Shown in pieces: positions 1-9,899 of a stretch of 43,364 nucleotides of DNA. The position numbers and the translations under genes are program-made. The notes beneath the pieces were generated by a model, which worked only from the letters and a program-made list of their open reading frames with translations, was not told the origin of the DNA and made no database searches. The stretch's first letter is position 1; every line of letters begins with the position of its first letter. This DNA is from a bacterium. Lineage in GTDB: Bacteria; Electryoneota; Electryoneia; Electryoneales; Electryoneaceae. The stretch is from positions 1 to 43,364 of the forward strand of contig JAZDLX010000045.1 in NCBI GenBank assembly GCA_043801585.1. Reading direction: 5' to 3'.

Positions 1-1908
1 CAGGTGATGGATGGTGATTCGACCCACTTCAATCCGGGAACGCTCGCCTACAACACCCAGTATTTCTGGAAAGTGATCGCCAAGGATACTTACGGGAACA
101 GTACGATTGGCTCGCAGTGGACCTTCACCACGGTTTCGAACGAAGCCCCGACAACTCCGGACAACCCCGATCCGGCTGATTTGGCCACGGGTATCGCGAT
201 TACTTCGAAGCTAAGCTGGACGGCTTCCACGGATCAGGAAGAAGAGGCCATCAGTTACAAGGTCTTCTTCGACACGGTTAGTCCACCTGCGACACAGGTA
301 GCGGATGGCGACACAACCAATTTCGATCCTGATACGCTCGTCTACGGTACGCAATACTACTGGCAAGTGAAAGCTACCGATACCTACGGAAACATCACGA
401 ATGGCCCGGAGTGGACTTTCACCACGGTTTCAAACGAGGCGCCCACAACTCCGGACACTCCCACGCCGGATGATTTTGCGACAGATGTCGCCATTGACAC
501 TAAACTCTCCTGGGCGGCATCCACAGATACCGAAAGTGATACGGTTCTCTATGATGTCTATTTTGATACCGTGGACCCGCCACTCACCCAGGTTGTCACG
601 GGTGGGGACAGCACGACGTTCGATCCAGGTTTGCTCGCCTATGATCAGACCTATTACTGGTACGTGGTCGCCAAGGACTCCTATGGCAATCCGTCAACAA
701 GTTCAACGTGGACATTTACCACGGTCCAGAATTACGCACCGACCGAACCAGATTCACCTTATCCCGATGATTTCGCCTCGGGTGTCGCGGTGAATGTTCA
801 GTTAGGTTGGTTGGCATCCACGGATGCCGAGGGGGAAACGGTCAGTTACGTGGTTCTCCTGGACACTTTGAGTTCTCCTGCCACGCAGGTGATGGCTGGT
901 GATTCAACTCACTTTAATCCGGGCGGCCTTGCTTACGACACTCAGTATTTCTGGAAGGTGATCGCCTCGGATACCTACGGAAACAGCACGGATGGATCCG
1001 AGTGGACCTTTACTACGGTTTTGAACGATGCGCCAACTACTCCAGATAACCCGACTCCAGAGGATTTGGCGTCTGATGTTGCCATCGACACTCTGCTCTC
1101 CTGGGCGGCATCCACGGATGCCGAAGGCGAGACGATTCTCTATGACGTCTATTTCGATACCGTGAGCTCGTCGCTCGAGCAGGTTGTCTCGGATGGGGAC
1201 AGCACGACATTCGATCCCGGTCTGCTCGCCTATGATCAGACCTATTACTGGTATGTGGTTGCGAAGGATTCCTACGGCAATCCGTCGTCGGGTCCGACGT
1301 GGACCTTTACTACGGTGATAAACCAGCCGCCGTCCACTCCTGTTGATCCTTTGCCGGCAAATCTCGCCACAGACATCACCCTGGACACCCTTCTCGCCTG
1401 GTCGGCTTCAACGGATGTGGATGGAGAAACGGTCGTTTATGACGTCTTCTTCGATACGGTCGATCCCCCTGTCAATCGGGTTGTCAACGACGGTGACAGC
1501 ACGAATTGGCGTCCATCGATCTTGTCCTACAACACGACCTACTACTGGCAGGTGATTGCGGAGGATACCTACGGTAACCCGACATCTGGACCAGTCTGGT
1601 CCTTCACAACCTTGAACATCTTGCCGAGTGTGCCCTCGAATCCATCGCCTTTCGCGGGTGAAACGGGTGGAGTGGACGGAAATACGATCCTGCGTTGGAC
1701 CTGCGGGGATCGGGACGGCGATCCTCTCACCTTCGATGTCTATTTCGGAGGAGAATTCCCGCCGACGCTTGTCAGCATCGAACAGGACAGTTTCCTCTAT
1801 GTGACCGAGACGGTGTCCGAGAACAACCTATATTACTGGAAGGTGGTCGCGCACGATACCCACGGTGGGGTGATCTCGAGCCCAATGTGGTCTTTCCGGT
1901 CGGCAAAG
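1..1908 (+). repeat. Intragenic tandem repeats of 294-297 bp (units start at 139, 433, 730, 1024, 1321, 1615)
   Basis: Unit starts NEAP/NEAP/NYAP/NDAP/NQPP/NILP. Units 433 and 1024 share long identical DNA stretches, e.g. ctcgcctatgatcagacctattactggta. Confidence 0.85.
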
Positions 1909-4900
1909 CCGCTCGGCAAACCATTCTTCACGTTACATGTCGTGGATGATCAGATCGTGGATCCGTCCGGTGTCGCCACGGCGGACTTCGATCTCGATGG
2001 AGATCAGGATATCGTTGATGTAAGCCCGTACTCGGCAGCCACCACCGGCAAGCTCCACTGGTGGGAAAACCTCGGCACGGGTTGGACACTCCATCCGATT
2101 GCCGCGGAGCCGGGTGTTTATATAAATGTCAACGTTTCGACGGCCGATGTCGACGCCGATGGTGATGTCGACATCATCACCAATCGGAACCAAGAAGTGC
2201 AGTATTGGGAGAACATCGATTCTGGCAGCGGTTGGTCGATGCATGTCGTCTCATCATCGTCCGGAGATCGGGCTATGGCGGTGGATCTGGATAACGATGG
2301 CGTGCTCGAATTGCTGGATTCAGATTCTCACTGGTGGGATTGGAACGGAACTACGTGGACCGAATTCACCTACGCTCAGGAATCGAATACTGCACTTCAC
2401 TGGGGAGACATCGACAACGATGGCGACTTGGACGTTATTGGTACGATGCCATCGATGGGCGAGATTGTCTGGTGGGAAAACTCCGGTGATGCTTCGAGTT
2501 GGACAGAACAGGTGGTGGCTTCCAACTTTTCCAATGTGCTGTCCGTTTACGCAAGCGATATGGACGGAGACCGCGATCTCGACATCGTGGCGGGGTCTAA
2601 CTCTTCCGGCGAGATCGCCTGGTGGGAGAACGTAGGTGATGGAGAGAGCTGGACAAAGCACTCGATCGGATCGGGATTCCAAGCTCTGAACGATCTGAAA
2701 GTCTCGGATTTCGATTACGATGGCGACATGGATCTCTTGGCAGGGAGTGGAACAAAAGGGGTTCTCATACTCGAGAACACCGGAGATTCATGGACTGTCC
2801 AGGATGTGGAAGATGTCAGGGATTCGACTGGCTTCACCAGTACTTACCGGCTTTCAATATCCGATATGGATGGTGACGGCGATCTTGACATCGTCGCTCA
2901 GAACAAGAGCGGTAGGCAACTTGCCTGGTTTGAATCGCAGAGCAATAACTTCCCCAGCCTTCCCGATGCGCATTCACCCACTGATGGGAGCGAGGATATC
3001 GCAATCAATACGAGCCTGATGTGGGGAAGCACCGATGTCAACGGAGATACGCTGCGTTACGACCTCTTCTTCGACACGGTTGATCCGCCTCTTGTTCAGA
3101 TTCAAAGCAACGACACATCCTCAACATACAACCTCGCGGATCTGGAGTATCTCGCGACCTATTACTGGAAAGTGGTTGTCAGCGACGGCCACGGAGGGGT
3201 GGTCGAAGGCGATGTCTGGAGTTTCACGACGGTGGCCAACCAGCCGCCTTCCGAACCTTCGAATCCGTTCCCCGATGATCTTGCTTTCAATGTGACGCTG
3301 GACGTGCAGTTGACCTGGGATGCTTCGACGGATCCTGAAGGTCAGGCAGTCACCTACCGGGTCTATTTCGGAACGAGTGATTTGACGCCTCTCCCGCTGG
3401 TCGGTGAACAGTCCGGAACGGACTATTCACCCACCGGACTGGTGACAAACACGGCCTATATGTGGCGGGTTGTAGCCGTGGACGCGCTCGACGATTCGAC
3501 GGAAGGTTCAAACTGGTCGTTCACGACGCTCAACACTCCACCCAGTCCCTTCGCGCTTCTGTCCCCGGCAATGGGCGATACGAATCACACCGGCCAGATC
3601 GATCTGAACTGGGAGAAGTCGTTCGATCCCGATGCCGGGTCATCGATTGAGTACATCGTCGAATGGTCGCTCAACGAGGATTTCGGGACGGTTTCAACAA
3701 CAACGTTATCCGATACGTTCTTCACGATTACCGGTCTTGACAATGCCGAAACAACGAGTAATCCGCACCGGGATAAACGATCGGGACGTGACATCCGCAC
3801 ATCGGATGGATTGCGTAGCGCAAAATCGAAAGCCCTGATGATTGATGATTCCGACATACGACAGGCAGCCGTTGTTCCAGTCCACAAAACCAGCGGCAAG
3901 ATGACCGTGCCGTTGCCGGATGACTCCTTCCTGTATATCCGGGTGTCGGCGAAGGACGATCACGATGCAGTCACCTGGGCAGACGGTAGCACAAGTGGAA
4001 TTCGGGTCTGGCTGGAATTCTTTGATCCACCATTGGCTTTCTCGCTGTTGAATCCTGTGATGGACGCCACCTGTTACTCGCTTGATACAACGTTGGCTTG
4101 GGAATCCTCAACCGATCCGGATCCTGGTGACGTTGTAACCTATTCCGTCTATCTTGGAAATCTTCCCGATCTATCGGATGCGGAAGAGGTGGCCACCGGT
4201 CTGCAGAATGCCAACGTCCTGTTGCAGAATCTCGAACCGTTCTCGGAATTCTACTGGACCGTTCACGCACAGGATCTCAATACCCCGGGTACATGGGCGT
4301 CGGACACTCTCCATTTCAGCACTCATCACTGGCGTACCACGTTGACGATGTCTTTAAACGGCCAGAGGTTTGAATGGATATCATTCTGTTTCCTCGGGAA
4401 CGACAAAAGCGTGTCCCACCTCTTCTCTGGGCTGACGACTCAATTTGTGATGTTGCGTGATGATGCTGGAAAGGTCACGATCCCAAACAAGGGAATCGAT
4501 GAGATCGGCCAGATCGATCCGGCGAAGGGGTACCAGGTGTTCCTCAATGCGGACGCAAGCCTGACCATGAACGGACTTGCCTTGCACCCGGCGACTTCTT
4601 ATACCATTCGCAGCGAACGCTGGAACCTGCTGGTCAATCCGTTGATCGACACCACGATGGTTGAAACGGCCTTCAGGGAACTGAGTGATCATCTGATTGC
4701 CGTCCAAAACGATGTTGGTGAAATCTGGGCGCCCCAGGAAACGGTGAAAACACTGACCGATGTGATACCGGGAGTGTCCTACCAGATCCTCGTCGATCAG
4801 ACGATAACCTTCGTCTATGGAACCGGAGAGCCATCGACAGCGGCTACGGCTTCGAGCAGCAAGAACGTTTCCAAAACGATTTCAGTAATGGCGGCGAAAT

Positions 4901-5496
4901 CATCACCGGCGGCAACGGGACTGCCCTACACTATTTTTGTCACCCTCGATCCGGACTTCCGGCAGAAAGATGCACTGGTGATCGAGTTGCTCGACGGGGA
5001 GAAGGTGGTAGGTGCGAGCGTGCTGCCAACGGAAGGTGAGATCACACTCGTCACTGCCTGGAAGGGCATTCCGGAGTTCGATCTCGAGGGATTCACTTCC
5101 GGATCTTCGATCAGGGCGCAGTTGAAGGATGCCGACGGCAAGGTCATTCCAGTTCGCTTGAAAGGGTCCGGAGCCCGTTATGGTGAAGGCGGCTATGGCC
5201 ACATAGAAATCGAGCTGATCCCTCTGCCGGAACATTACGAGGTCAGCAAGCCCTATCCGAACCCGTTCAATCCCACGGCAACGATTGTTGTCGCACTTCC
5301 AGAACCGGCACGAGTGCGGATAGAGGTGTATAACATTCTCGGACAGAGGGTGGACGTGCTGCAGGATGGCGTCATGACAGCCGGTTACAACCGGGTACTG
5401 ATGGACGGAAGCCGGTGGGCAAGCGGTCTTTACTTCGTGCGAGTCTCTGTGCTCGGTCAGAAGGATGAATTGAGGAAGATGGTACTGATCCGCTGA
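1..5496 (+). CDS. Giant secreted repeat protein (5'-truncated): tandem ~98-aa FN3/Ig-like repeats, FG-GAP/VCBS propeller, further FN3-like domains, C-terminal T9SS-type/FlgD-Ig sorting domain
   Basis: Frame is open from base 1. Repeats of N.AP..P..P.P.D....LSW..S.D......Y.V.FDT...YYW.V.A.D.YG......W.FTT. DxDxDGDxD FG-GAP motifs at ~1930-2940. C-terminus YPNPFNPT...YNILGQRV...ASGLYFVRV...KMVLIR. Confidence 0.85.
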   Translation, partial: QVMDGDSTHFNPGTLAYNTQYFWKVIAKDTYGNSTIGSQWTFTTVSNEAPTTPDNPDPADLATGIAITSKLSWTASTDQEEEAISYKVFFDTVSPPATQVADGDTTNFDPDTLVYGTQYYWQVKATDTYGNITNGPEWTFTTVSNEAPTTPDTPTPDDFATDVAIDTKLSWAASTDTESDTVLYDVYFDTVDPPLTQVVTGGDSTTFDPGLLAYDQTYYWYVVAKDSYGNPSTSSTWTFTTVQNYAPTEPDSPYPDDFASGVAVNVQLGWLASTDAEGETVSYVVLLDTLSSPATQVMAGDSTHFNPGGLAYDTQYFWKVIASDTYGNSTDGSEWTFTTVLNDAPTTPDNPTPEDLASDVAIDTLLSWAASTDAEGETILYDVYFDTVSSSLEQVVSDGDSTTFDPGLLAYDQTYYWYVVAKDSYGNPSSGPTWTFTTVINQPPSTPVDPLPANLATDITLDTLLAWSASTDVDGETVVYDVFFDTVDPPVNRVVNDGDSTNWRPSILSYNTTYYWQVIAEDTYGNPTSGPVWSFTTLNILPSVPSNPSPFAGETGGVDGNTILRWTCGDRDGDPLTFDVYFGGEFPPTLVSIEQDSFLYVTETVSENNLYYWKVVAHDTHGGVISSPMWSFRSAKPLGKPFFTLHVVDDQIVDPSGVATADFDLDGDQDIVDVSPYSAATTGKLHWWENLGTGWTLHPIAAEPGVYINVNVSTADVDADGDVDIITNRNQEVQYWENIDSGSGWSMHVVSSSSGDRAMAVDLDNDGVLELLDSDSHWWDWNGTTWTEFTYAQESNTALHWGDIDNDGDLDVIGTMPSMGEIVWWENSGDASSWTEQVVASNFSNVLSVYASDMDGDRDLDIVAGSNSSGEIAWWENVGDGESWTKHSIGSGFQALNDLKVSDFDYDGDMDLLAGSGTKGVLILENTGDSWTVQDVEDVRDSTGFTSTYRLSISDMDGDGDLDIVAQNKSGRQLAWFESQSNNFPSLPDAHSPTDGSEDIAINTSLMWGSTDVNGDTLRYDLFFDTVDPPLVQIQSNDTSSTYNLADLEYLATYYWKVVVSDGHGGVVEGDVWSFTTVANQPPSEPSNPFPDDLAFNVTLDVQLTWDASTDPEGQAVTYRVYFGTSDLTPLPLVGEQSGTDYSPTGLVTNTAYMWRVVAVDALDDSTEGSNWSFTTLNTPPSPFALLSPAMGDTNHTGQIDLNWEKSFDPDAGSSIEYIVEWSLNEDFGTVSTTTLSDTFFTITGLDNAETTSNPHRDKRSGRDIRTSDGLRSAKSKALMIDDSDIRQAAVVPVHKTSGKMTVPLPDDSFLYIRVSAKDDHDAVTWADGSTSGIRVWLEFFDPPLAFSLLNPVMDATCYSLDTTLAWESSTDPDPGDVVTYSVYLGNLPDLSDAEEVATGLQNANVLLQNLEPFSEFYWTVHAQDLNTPGTWASDTLHFSTHHWRTTLTMSLNGQRFEWISFCFLGNDKSVSHLFSGLTTQFVMLRDDAGKVTIPNKGIDEIGQIDPAKGYQVFLNADASLTMNGLALHPATSYTIRSERWNLLVNPLIDTTMVETAFRELSDHLIAVQNDVGEIWAPQETVKTLTDVIPGVSYQILVDQTITFVYGTGEPSTAATASSSKNVSKTISVMAAKSSPAATGLPYTIFVTLDPDFRQKDALVIELLDGEKVVGASVLPTEGEITLVTAWKGIPEFDLEGFTSGSSIRAQLKDADGKVIPVRLKGSGARYGEGGYGHIEIELIPLPEHYEVSKPYPNPFNPTATIVVALPEPARVRIEVYNILGQRVDVLQDGVMTAGYNRVLMDGSRWASGLYFVRVSVLGQKDELRKMVLIR

Positions 5497-5547
5497 TCGG
5501 GAAAGGCGAAAATTGCATTGGTCGAACGACGTGCGGGAGATCACAGG

Positions 5548-6549
5548 ATGATTGGAAAATTCGATTGGAAAACGGCATGGATCGTCATTTCAGTTGCGGT
5601 TTTGATGTTCCTTTCGCAACCAATGACGGCTCAGGGACAGGCGCCGAGACGATTCAATATCGCGGTCCTCGACCTGGAACTCGACAAGAATGTCCCCGAC
5701 GAGTACCAGGTAACTCTATCCAATCGCCTGCGCCAGGAACTGATCAACACAGGACGGTTTGCTGTCATCGAACGTGGCCGAATGCAGGACATCCTTTCGG
5801 AACAGGGACTTCAATTGAGTGGCTGTACCTCCGATGAATGTGTCATTGAGGCGGGACGGCTGCTCGGTGTGGAGCAGATGGTTGCCGGTTCCGTTGGTCG
5901 GGTGGGGAACACCTATTCCGTGATTCTGCGACGGATCGATGTGGAATCCGGGGAGATCCTCGATGCTCAGGGTGTTGATTGTCCTTGCGAGATCGAGGAG
6001 GTGATGACGTCCAGCCTGAAGCATGCCGCCATTCTGATTGCCGGACTGGAGGTCGTGGACACAACCCCGAGACGCCCGCACGTCTTTCCCCGCTCCCTGA
6101 TCGTTCCGGGCTGGGGTCAGCGTGCCACCGGAAGAACGTTGATGGGGTGGACGCTGACCGGGGCTCAGTTGGCTACACTCGGATATTTCGGATATGCAGC
6201 AATGGATTATTCGGACAAGCTTTCCAAGTACAACGATGCGAAAGCAGCCTACGAAAGCAATACGGATCCGACAATCATTCAAATGCTTTATGACGATCGT
6301 ATCGCCGCGGACAAAGCGGCGGCGGACGCCAATAGTCAGTTGACGGTGGCCGTGGCGGCGGCGGCGGGTGTCTATGTCTTAAACCTGCTTGACGGAATTT
6401 TCATCGGCGGTGGAACATCCGGTGGAAACCGAAATGGCGGGTTCGCTTCCAACCGTCCGTCTATCGATTTTGGCTTGGTGCAGGGGGACCGGGGCCGTGC
6501 CGTTCCGGCGGTGTCCCTGGTATTCTCGCTTGATGCGAGAGGGAGGTGA
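5548..6549 (+). CDS. CsgG/HfaB (TolB-N-like) domain protein with C-terminal DUF5683-like region, signal peptide
   Basis: IAVLD...RQELINTGRFAVIER..MQDILSEQ..Q.SGC....C.IEAGRLLGV..MV.GS; later SLIVPGWGQ motif. ATG 5548 follows GGAGA. Confidence 0.7.
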   Translation: MIGKFDWKTAWIVISVAVLMFLSQPMTAQGQAPRRFNIAVLDLELDKNVPDEYQVTLSNRLRQELINTGRFAVIERGRMQDILSEQGLQLSGCTSDECVIEAGRLLGVEQMVAGSVGRVGNTYSVILRRIDVESGEILDAQGVDCPCEIEEVMTSSLKHAAILIAGLEVVDTTPRRPHVFPRSLIVPGWGQRATGRTLMGWTLTGAQLATLGYFGYAAMDYSDKLSKYNDAKAAYESNTDPTIIQMLYDDRIAADKAAADANSQLTVAVAAAAGVYVLNLLDGIFIGGGTSGGNRNGGFASNRPSIDFGLVQGDRGRAVPAVSLVFSLDARGR

Positions 6550-6553
6550 GGCG

Positions 6554-7618
6554 ATGACTCGTGCACGCGCAATGGGGCTGGTTCTTCTGATGCTGCTCGC
6601 GGTTTTCTCCGGCTGCGGGCAATACGTGGAAGACCCGGGAACGCACGATAATCCCGTGGATCCGGGAAATCCTGGCGCTCCAGACATCCCCTTCAGCCCT
6701 TCTCCGGCGGACAACGCGACCAATGTCCCCGTTCAGACGGTGCTCTCCTGGGCGGCGACCGATCCCGATCTGGATGTTTTGACCTTTGATGTCTACTTCG
6801 GGAAGACCACTTCACCCGTACTTGTCAGCGAGAATCAGAGTTCCATCTCCTATACCCCAGGCCGCCTGGAAAATTCGACACGTTACTACTGGCGGGTGAT
6901 TGTCGGCGATGGAGTCCATAAAATCAGCAGTCCGCTCTGGTCATTCAAAACCAGCGAAATACCCAACAATGCGCCGAACACTCCGGGCTCTCCGGCTCCT
7001 TCCTCAAATACGACAGGAGTCAGTATGCTGCCCGAACTGTCGTGGAGCGCAACGGATCCTGACGAAGATGAACTGACCTTTGATCTCTTTTTCGGGACGA
7101 CATCCAATCCGCCTCTCTTCAAGCTTGATCTGGATACAACCACCTACAGTCTCGGAAACAGTGGATTCGCGGTCACCTATTTCTGGAAAATCGCCGCCAG
7201 CGATGGGATCGACGTAACCACGAGTCCCGTGTGGTCGTTCACCACGGCGGGAAACGCCGGTCAGAATCCGTTCCCGCAAATCACCGACACCGGTTTGCCG
7301 GCGACAATCCTTGTCAATACAGCGAAAATCGATGGCAACGATCTGGTCAACGGCGATATTGTGGCGGTGTTTGACGGAAGGACCTGCGTCGGTTGGGAGA
7401 TCATTGGAGCGTCGACGACCGTGCTCACGGCATGGGAGGCGGACCCGGCAAACGGATTGACGACCGGATTCACCGCTGGACATACGATGCGTTTTGTCCT
7501 CTGGGACCAGAGTACAAACATTGTCACTGAAGCGGATGTGACCCTGCTTCTGGGCGACGGAACATTCGGCACGGAACCCTACGCCGAAGTCTCCCTGCTG
7601 GGCTCTACCGGTCATTAA
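6554..7618 (+). CDS. Lipoprotein with two FN3-like repeats and a C-terminal domain shared with the upstream giant protein
   Basis: ATG 6554 after GGAGG. Lipobox LAVFSGC. Repeats P.P.....LSW.ATDPD.D.LTFD.YFG...YYW.V...DG.....SP.WSF.T. Confidence 0.75.
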   Translation: MTRARAMGLVLLMLLAVFSGCGQYVEDPGTHDNPVDPGNPGAPDIPFSPSPADNATNVPVQTVLSWAATDPDLDVLTFDVYFGKTTSPVLVSENQSSISYTPGRLENSTRYYWRVIVGDGVHKISSPLWSFKTSEIPNNAPNTPGSPAPSSNTTGVSMLPELSWSATDPDEDELTFDLFFGTTSNPPLFKLDLDTTTYSLGNSGFAVTYFWKIAASDGIDVTTSPVWSFTTAGNAGQNPFPQITDTGLPATILVNTAKIDGNDLVNGDIVAVFDGRTCVGWEIIGASTTVLTAWEADPANGLTTGFTAGHTMRFVLWDQSTNIVTEADVTLLLGDGTFGTEPYAEVSLLGSTGH

Positions 7619-7763
7619 GGAGAATTATAGGATACCTGGGAAAAGATTTTCCGAAAAGAGGAGGGTGTCACGTCCTGACATTCCGGCGTTTCGGGACGAG
7701 AAGGATTGATGAACCGATCCTCTGGATTTTCCGCCGTGTAGCTTAGGATCACCGATGTATAAC

Positions 7764-7791
7764 CCGGTCCCGGCCATTCGGGGCCGGATTT
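7764..7791 (+). terminator. GC-rich hairpin between convergent genes, possible terminator
   Basis: CCGGTCCCG-GCCATT-CGGGGCCGG followed by ATTT; the U-tract is weak. Confidence 0.35.
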
Positions 7792-7794
7792 CAA

Positions 7795-7853
7795 GGTAAT
7801 CAGGGACAATCCCCAGAGTCTTTTGGGGACTGTCCCTGATTACTCTTTCATGG
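7795..7853. repeat. Palindromic REP-like element, copy 1
   Basis: GTAATCAGGGACAATCCCCA-8nt-TGGGGACTGTCCCTGATTAC (20-bp arms, 1 mismatch). Related inverted copy at 39290-39347. Confidence 0.75.
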
Positions 7854-7894
7854 TTCCGTCTGTTACCATGCGCAACGGTGTGAGGCCCGGGACG

Positions 7895-8476
7895 TCAGTC
7901 CCGGGTTTCAAATCTCTCTGCGTTCCACCGCTCAAGCAGTGCGGGCAATCCGCGCAGGTCGTTAATGACAGCTTCAGCTCCGTGGTTCCCCTCGCGTTCG
8001 GTGTCACGGCCGTACCCGGTGCGCACGAGAACAGCGTGCGTACCTGCGGCCAGTCCAGCAGAAAGATCCGCTGTCTTATCGCCTACCATCACCGACTTGC
8101 TCAGATCCCCATGAAGCTCTTCCGCCGCCTGGATCAGGAGTCCCGGTTTTGGCTTGCGACACTCGCATCCATCCGTGGGGCTGTGGGGACAGACATAGAT
8201 CCCATCGAGTTTCTCTCCGCCGTCTTCGATCAGCTTTTTCAGGCGGGAGTGAACGGAATCAAGATCTTCCTGGTCAAAATAACCATGGACGAGTCCGGAC
8301 TGGTTTGTAACCACTGCTACCACCCAGCCGAGCTCATGAGCCCGCCGAATGGATTCCACCGCTCCCGGGAGCAGCTCCAGCTCCTCAGAATTGGCAAGGT
8401 AGTCGACCTCTACATTCAGCGTTCCATCTCGGTCGAGCAGAAGCATTTGGCGCAAGGGTGAATCGGTACTGTTCAC
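7895..8476 (-). CDS. gmhB: D-glycero-D-manno-heptose 1,7-bisphosphate phosphatase (HAD IIIA)
   Basis: LDRDGTLN, VVTNQSG, CPH....C.CRKPKPG, MVGDK..D, VRTGYG motifs. Confidence 0.9.
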   Translation of the reverse strand: MNSTDSPLRQMLLLDRDGTLNVEVDYLANSEELELLPGAVESIRRAHELGWVVAVVTNQSGLVHGYFDQEDLDSVHSRLKKLIEDGGEKLDGIYVCPHSPTDGCECRKPKPGLLIQAAEELHGDLSKSVMVGDKTADLSAGLAAGTHAVLVRTGYGRDTEREGNHGAEAVINDLRGLPALLERWNAERFETRD

Positions 8477-9339
8477 ACCATCTCCCCGGATTGAATTTCG
8501 TCAATACACATGGATAGTGATTCACGCCAGTGTGAAACCGGAATCTCGAATGTCCTGCGGATGCGTTGTGTATCCAGGCGGCTTTGAGCGGGTCGCTCCG
8601 CGGGGGTGGGGTAGTCTGCGCCTGGAATCGGCAGGATCTTGCAGGTCCGGCCGGCGAGCTCGACAATCGCCTGTGCAAAGTCGTACCAACTCGCGGCGCC
8701 GGCATTGCAATAGTGATAGATTTGCGGTTCCGTGTTGTTCAGCCTAGGTACGACAATCAGCAGGGCGGAAGCCAGATCGCCGGCCCATGTCGGGCTTCCG
8801 ACCTGATCCTCCACTGCGCGCAGTTCATCCCGTCCCGAGGCCAGTTTCAGGATTGTCTTGACAAAATTCTTTCCATGCGCCGAGTAAAGCCAGGAGGTCC
8901 TGACAATCACACCACGTGCGGAATGCTCCAGCACCGCTTTTTCTCCGGCCAGCTTGGTTGTTCCATACACGTTTATCGGATTGGGAAGATCCTCTTCCCG
9001 GTACGGACGCGAAGTCGTCCCATCAAAGACAAAATCCGTCGAGATGTGCATGAGTCGGGAGCCCACGCTTCGGCAGCCCTCGGATAGATACTGCGCACCC
9101 AGTTCGTTGATCTGCCGCGCGAGATCGGGTTCGCTTTCCGCCTGGTCCACCGCCGTGTAGGCGGCGGCGTTGATGACGACGTCGGGACGGGACCGGGTAA
9201 GGTGCCTGAGAACCATATTCCGCGCGGAAATATCCAGTTCGCCGATATCCGTGAATTCCCATTCGGCATCGATTGTCACGGAGCGCTTTCGAAGTTCCAT
9301 GCCCAGCTGTCCGTCCGCTCCGGTGACAAGGATTTTCAC
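8473..9339 (-). CDS. rfbD: dTDP-4-dehydrorhamnose reductase
   Basis: TGADGQLG, NAAAYTAVDQAE, HISTDFVFDG, YGTTKLAGE, DQVGSPT. Confidence 0.95.
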   Translation of the reverse strand: MKILVTGADGQLGMELRKRSVTIDAEWEFTDIGELDISARNMVLRHLTRSRPDVVINAAAYTAVDQAESEPDLARQINELGAQYLSEGCRSVGSRLMHISTDFVFDGTTSRPYREEDLPNPINVYGTTKLAGEKAVLEHSARGVIVRTSWLYSAHGKNFVKTILKLASGRDELRAVEDQVGSPTWAGDLASALLIVVPRLNNTEPQIYHYCNAGAASWYDFAQAIVELAGRTCKILPIPGADYPTPAERPAQSRLDTQRIRRTFEIPVSHWRESLSMCIDEIQSGEMV

Positions 9340-9899
9340 AACTCCTCCCCGAACGTGAATACGTCGGCGCGTTCAAGAGAACTGGAGAATCGATCTTTTT
9401 CCGAAAGAATCAGTAGATCGTGATCGAGCGGCCATTCAACCCCAACCTCCGGGTCATCGAAACGCAACGCCCGTTCGCTGTCACGATGCCAGAGGTTATC
9501 GACCTTGTACTGGAATATGCACGTGTCGGACAGGACCAGGAATCCATGGGCGAATCCACGGGGGATGAACATCTGCTTGTAGTTCTCTCCGGAAAGGATC
9601 TCCCCGGCATAACGGCTGAAGGTCGGGGATCCACGGCGCAGATCCACCGCGACATCGTAAACCTCACCCTGGATGACACGGACGAGTTTGGCCTGAGAGT
9701 GGGGTGTGAACTGGTAATGGAGCCCGCGCAGTACACCGCGCACCGAGGAGGATTCGTTCTCCTGGATAAAATGCACAGGACCAATGTGCTCTCGGAATTC
9801 TTCTTCTCGGTAGCTTTCGAAAAAGACGCCTCTTTTGTCTTCGAATACCTGTGGTTCGATGATCCAGACGCCAAGTAATTCCGTCTCCGTGAAAATCAT
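9336..9899 (-). CDS. rfbC: dTDP-4-dehydrorhamnose 3,5-epimerase
   Basis: [42 protein letters not shown]. Confidence 0.95.
   Translation of the reverse strand: MIFTETELLGVWIIEPQVFEDKRGVFFESYREEEFREHIGPVHFIQENESSSVRGVLRGLHYQFTPHSQAKLVRVIQGEVYDVAVDLRRGSPTFSRYAGEILSGENYKQMFIPRGFAHGFLVLSDTCIFQYKVDNLWHRDSERALRFDDPEVGVEWPLDHDLLILSEKDRFSSSLERADVFTFGEEL

Noticed and set aside
1..1908. Repeats considered as a CRISPR array or a DGR template/variable pair
   Set aside because: They are in-frame ~300-bp protein domain repeats; there are no spacers, no adenine-specific pattern was evident, and no cas or reverse transcriptase gene is present.
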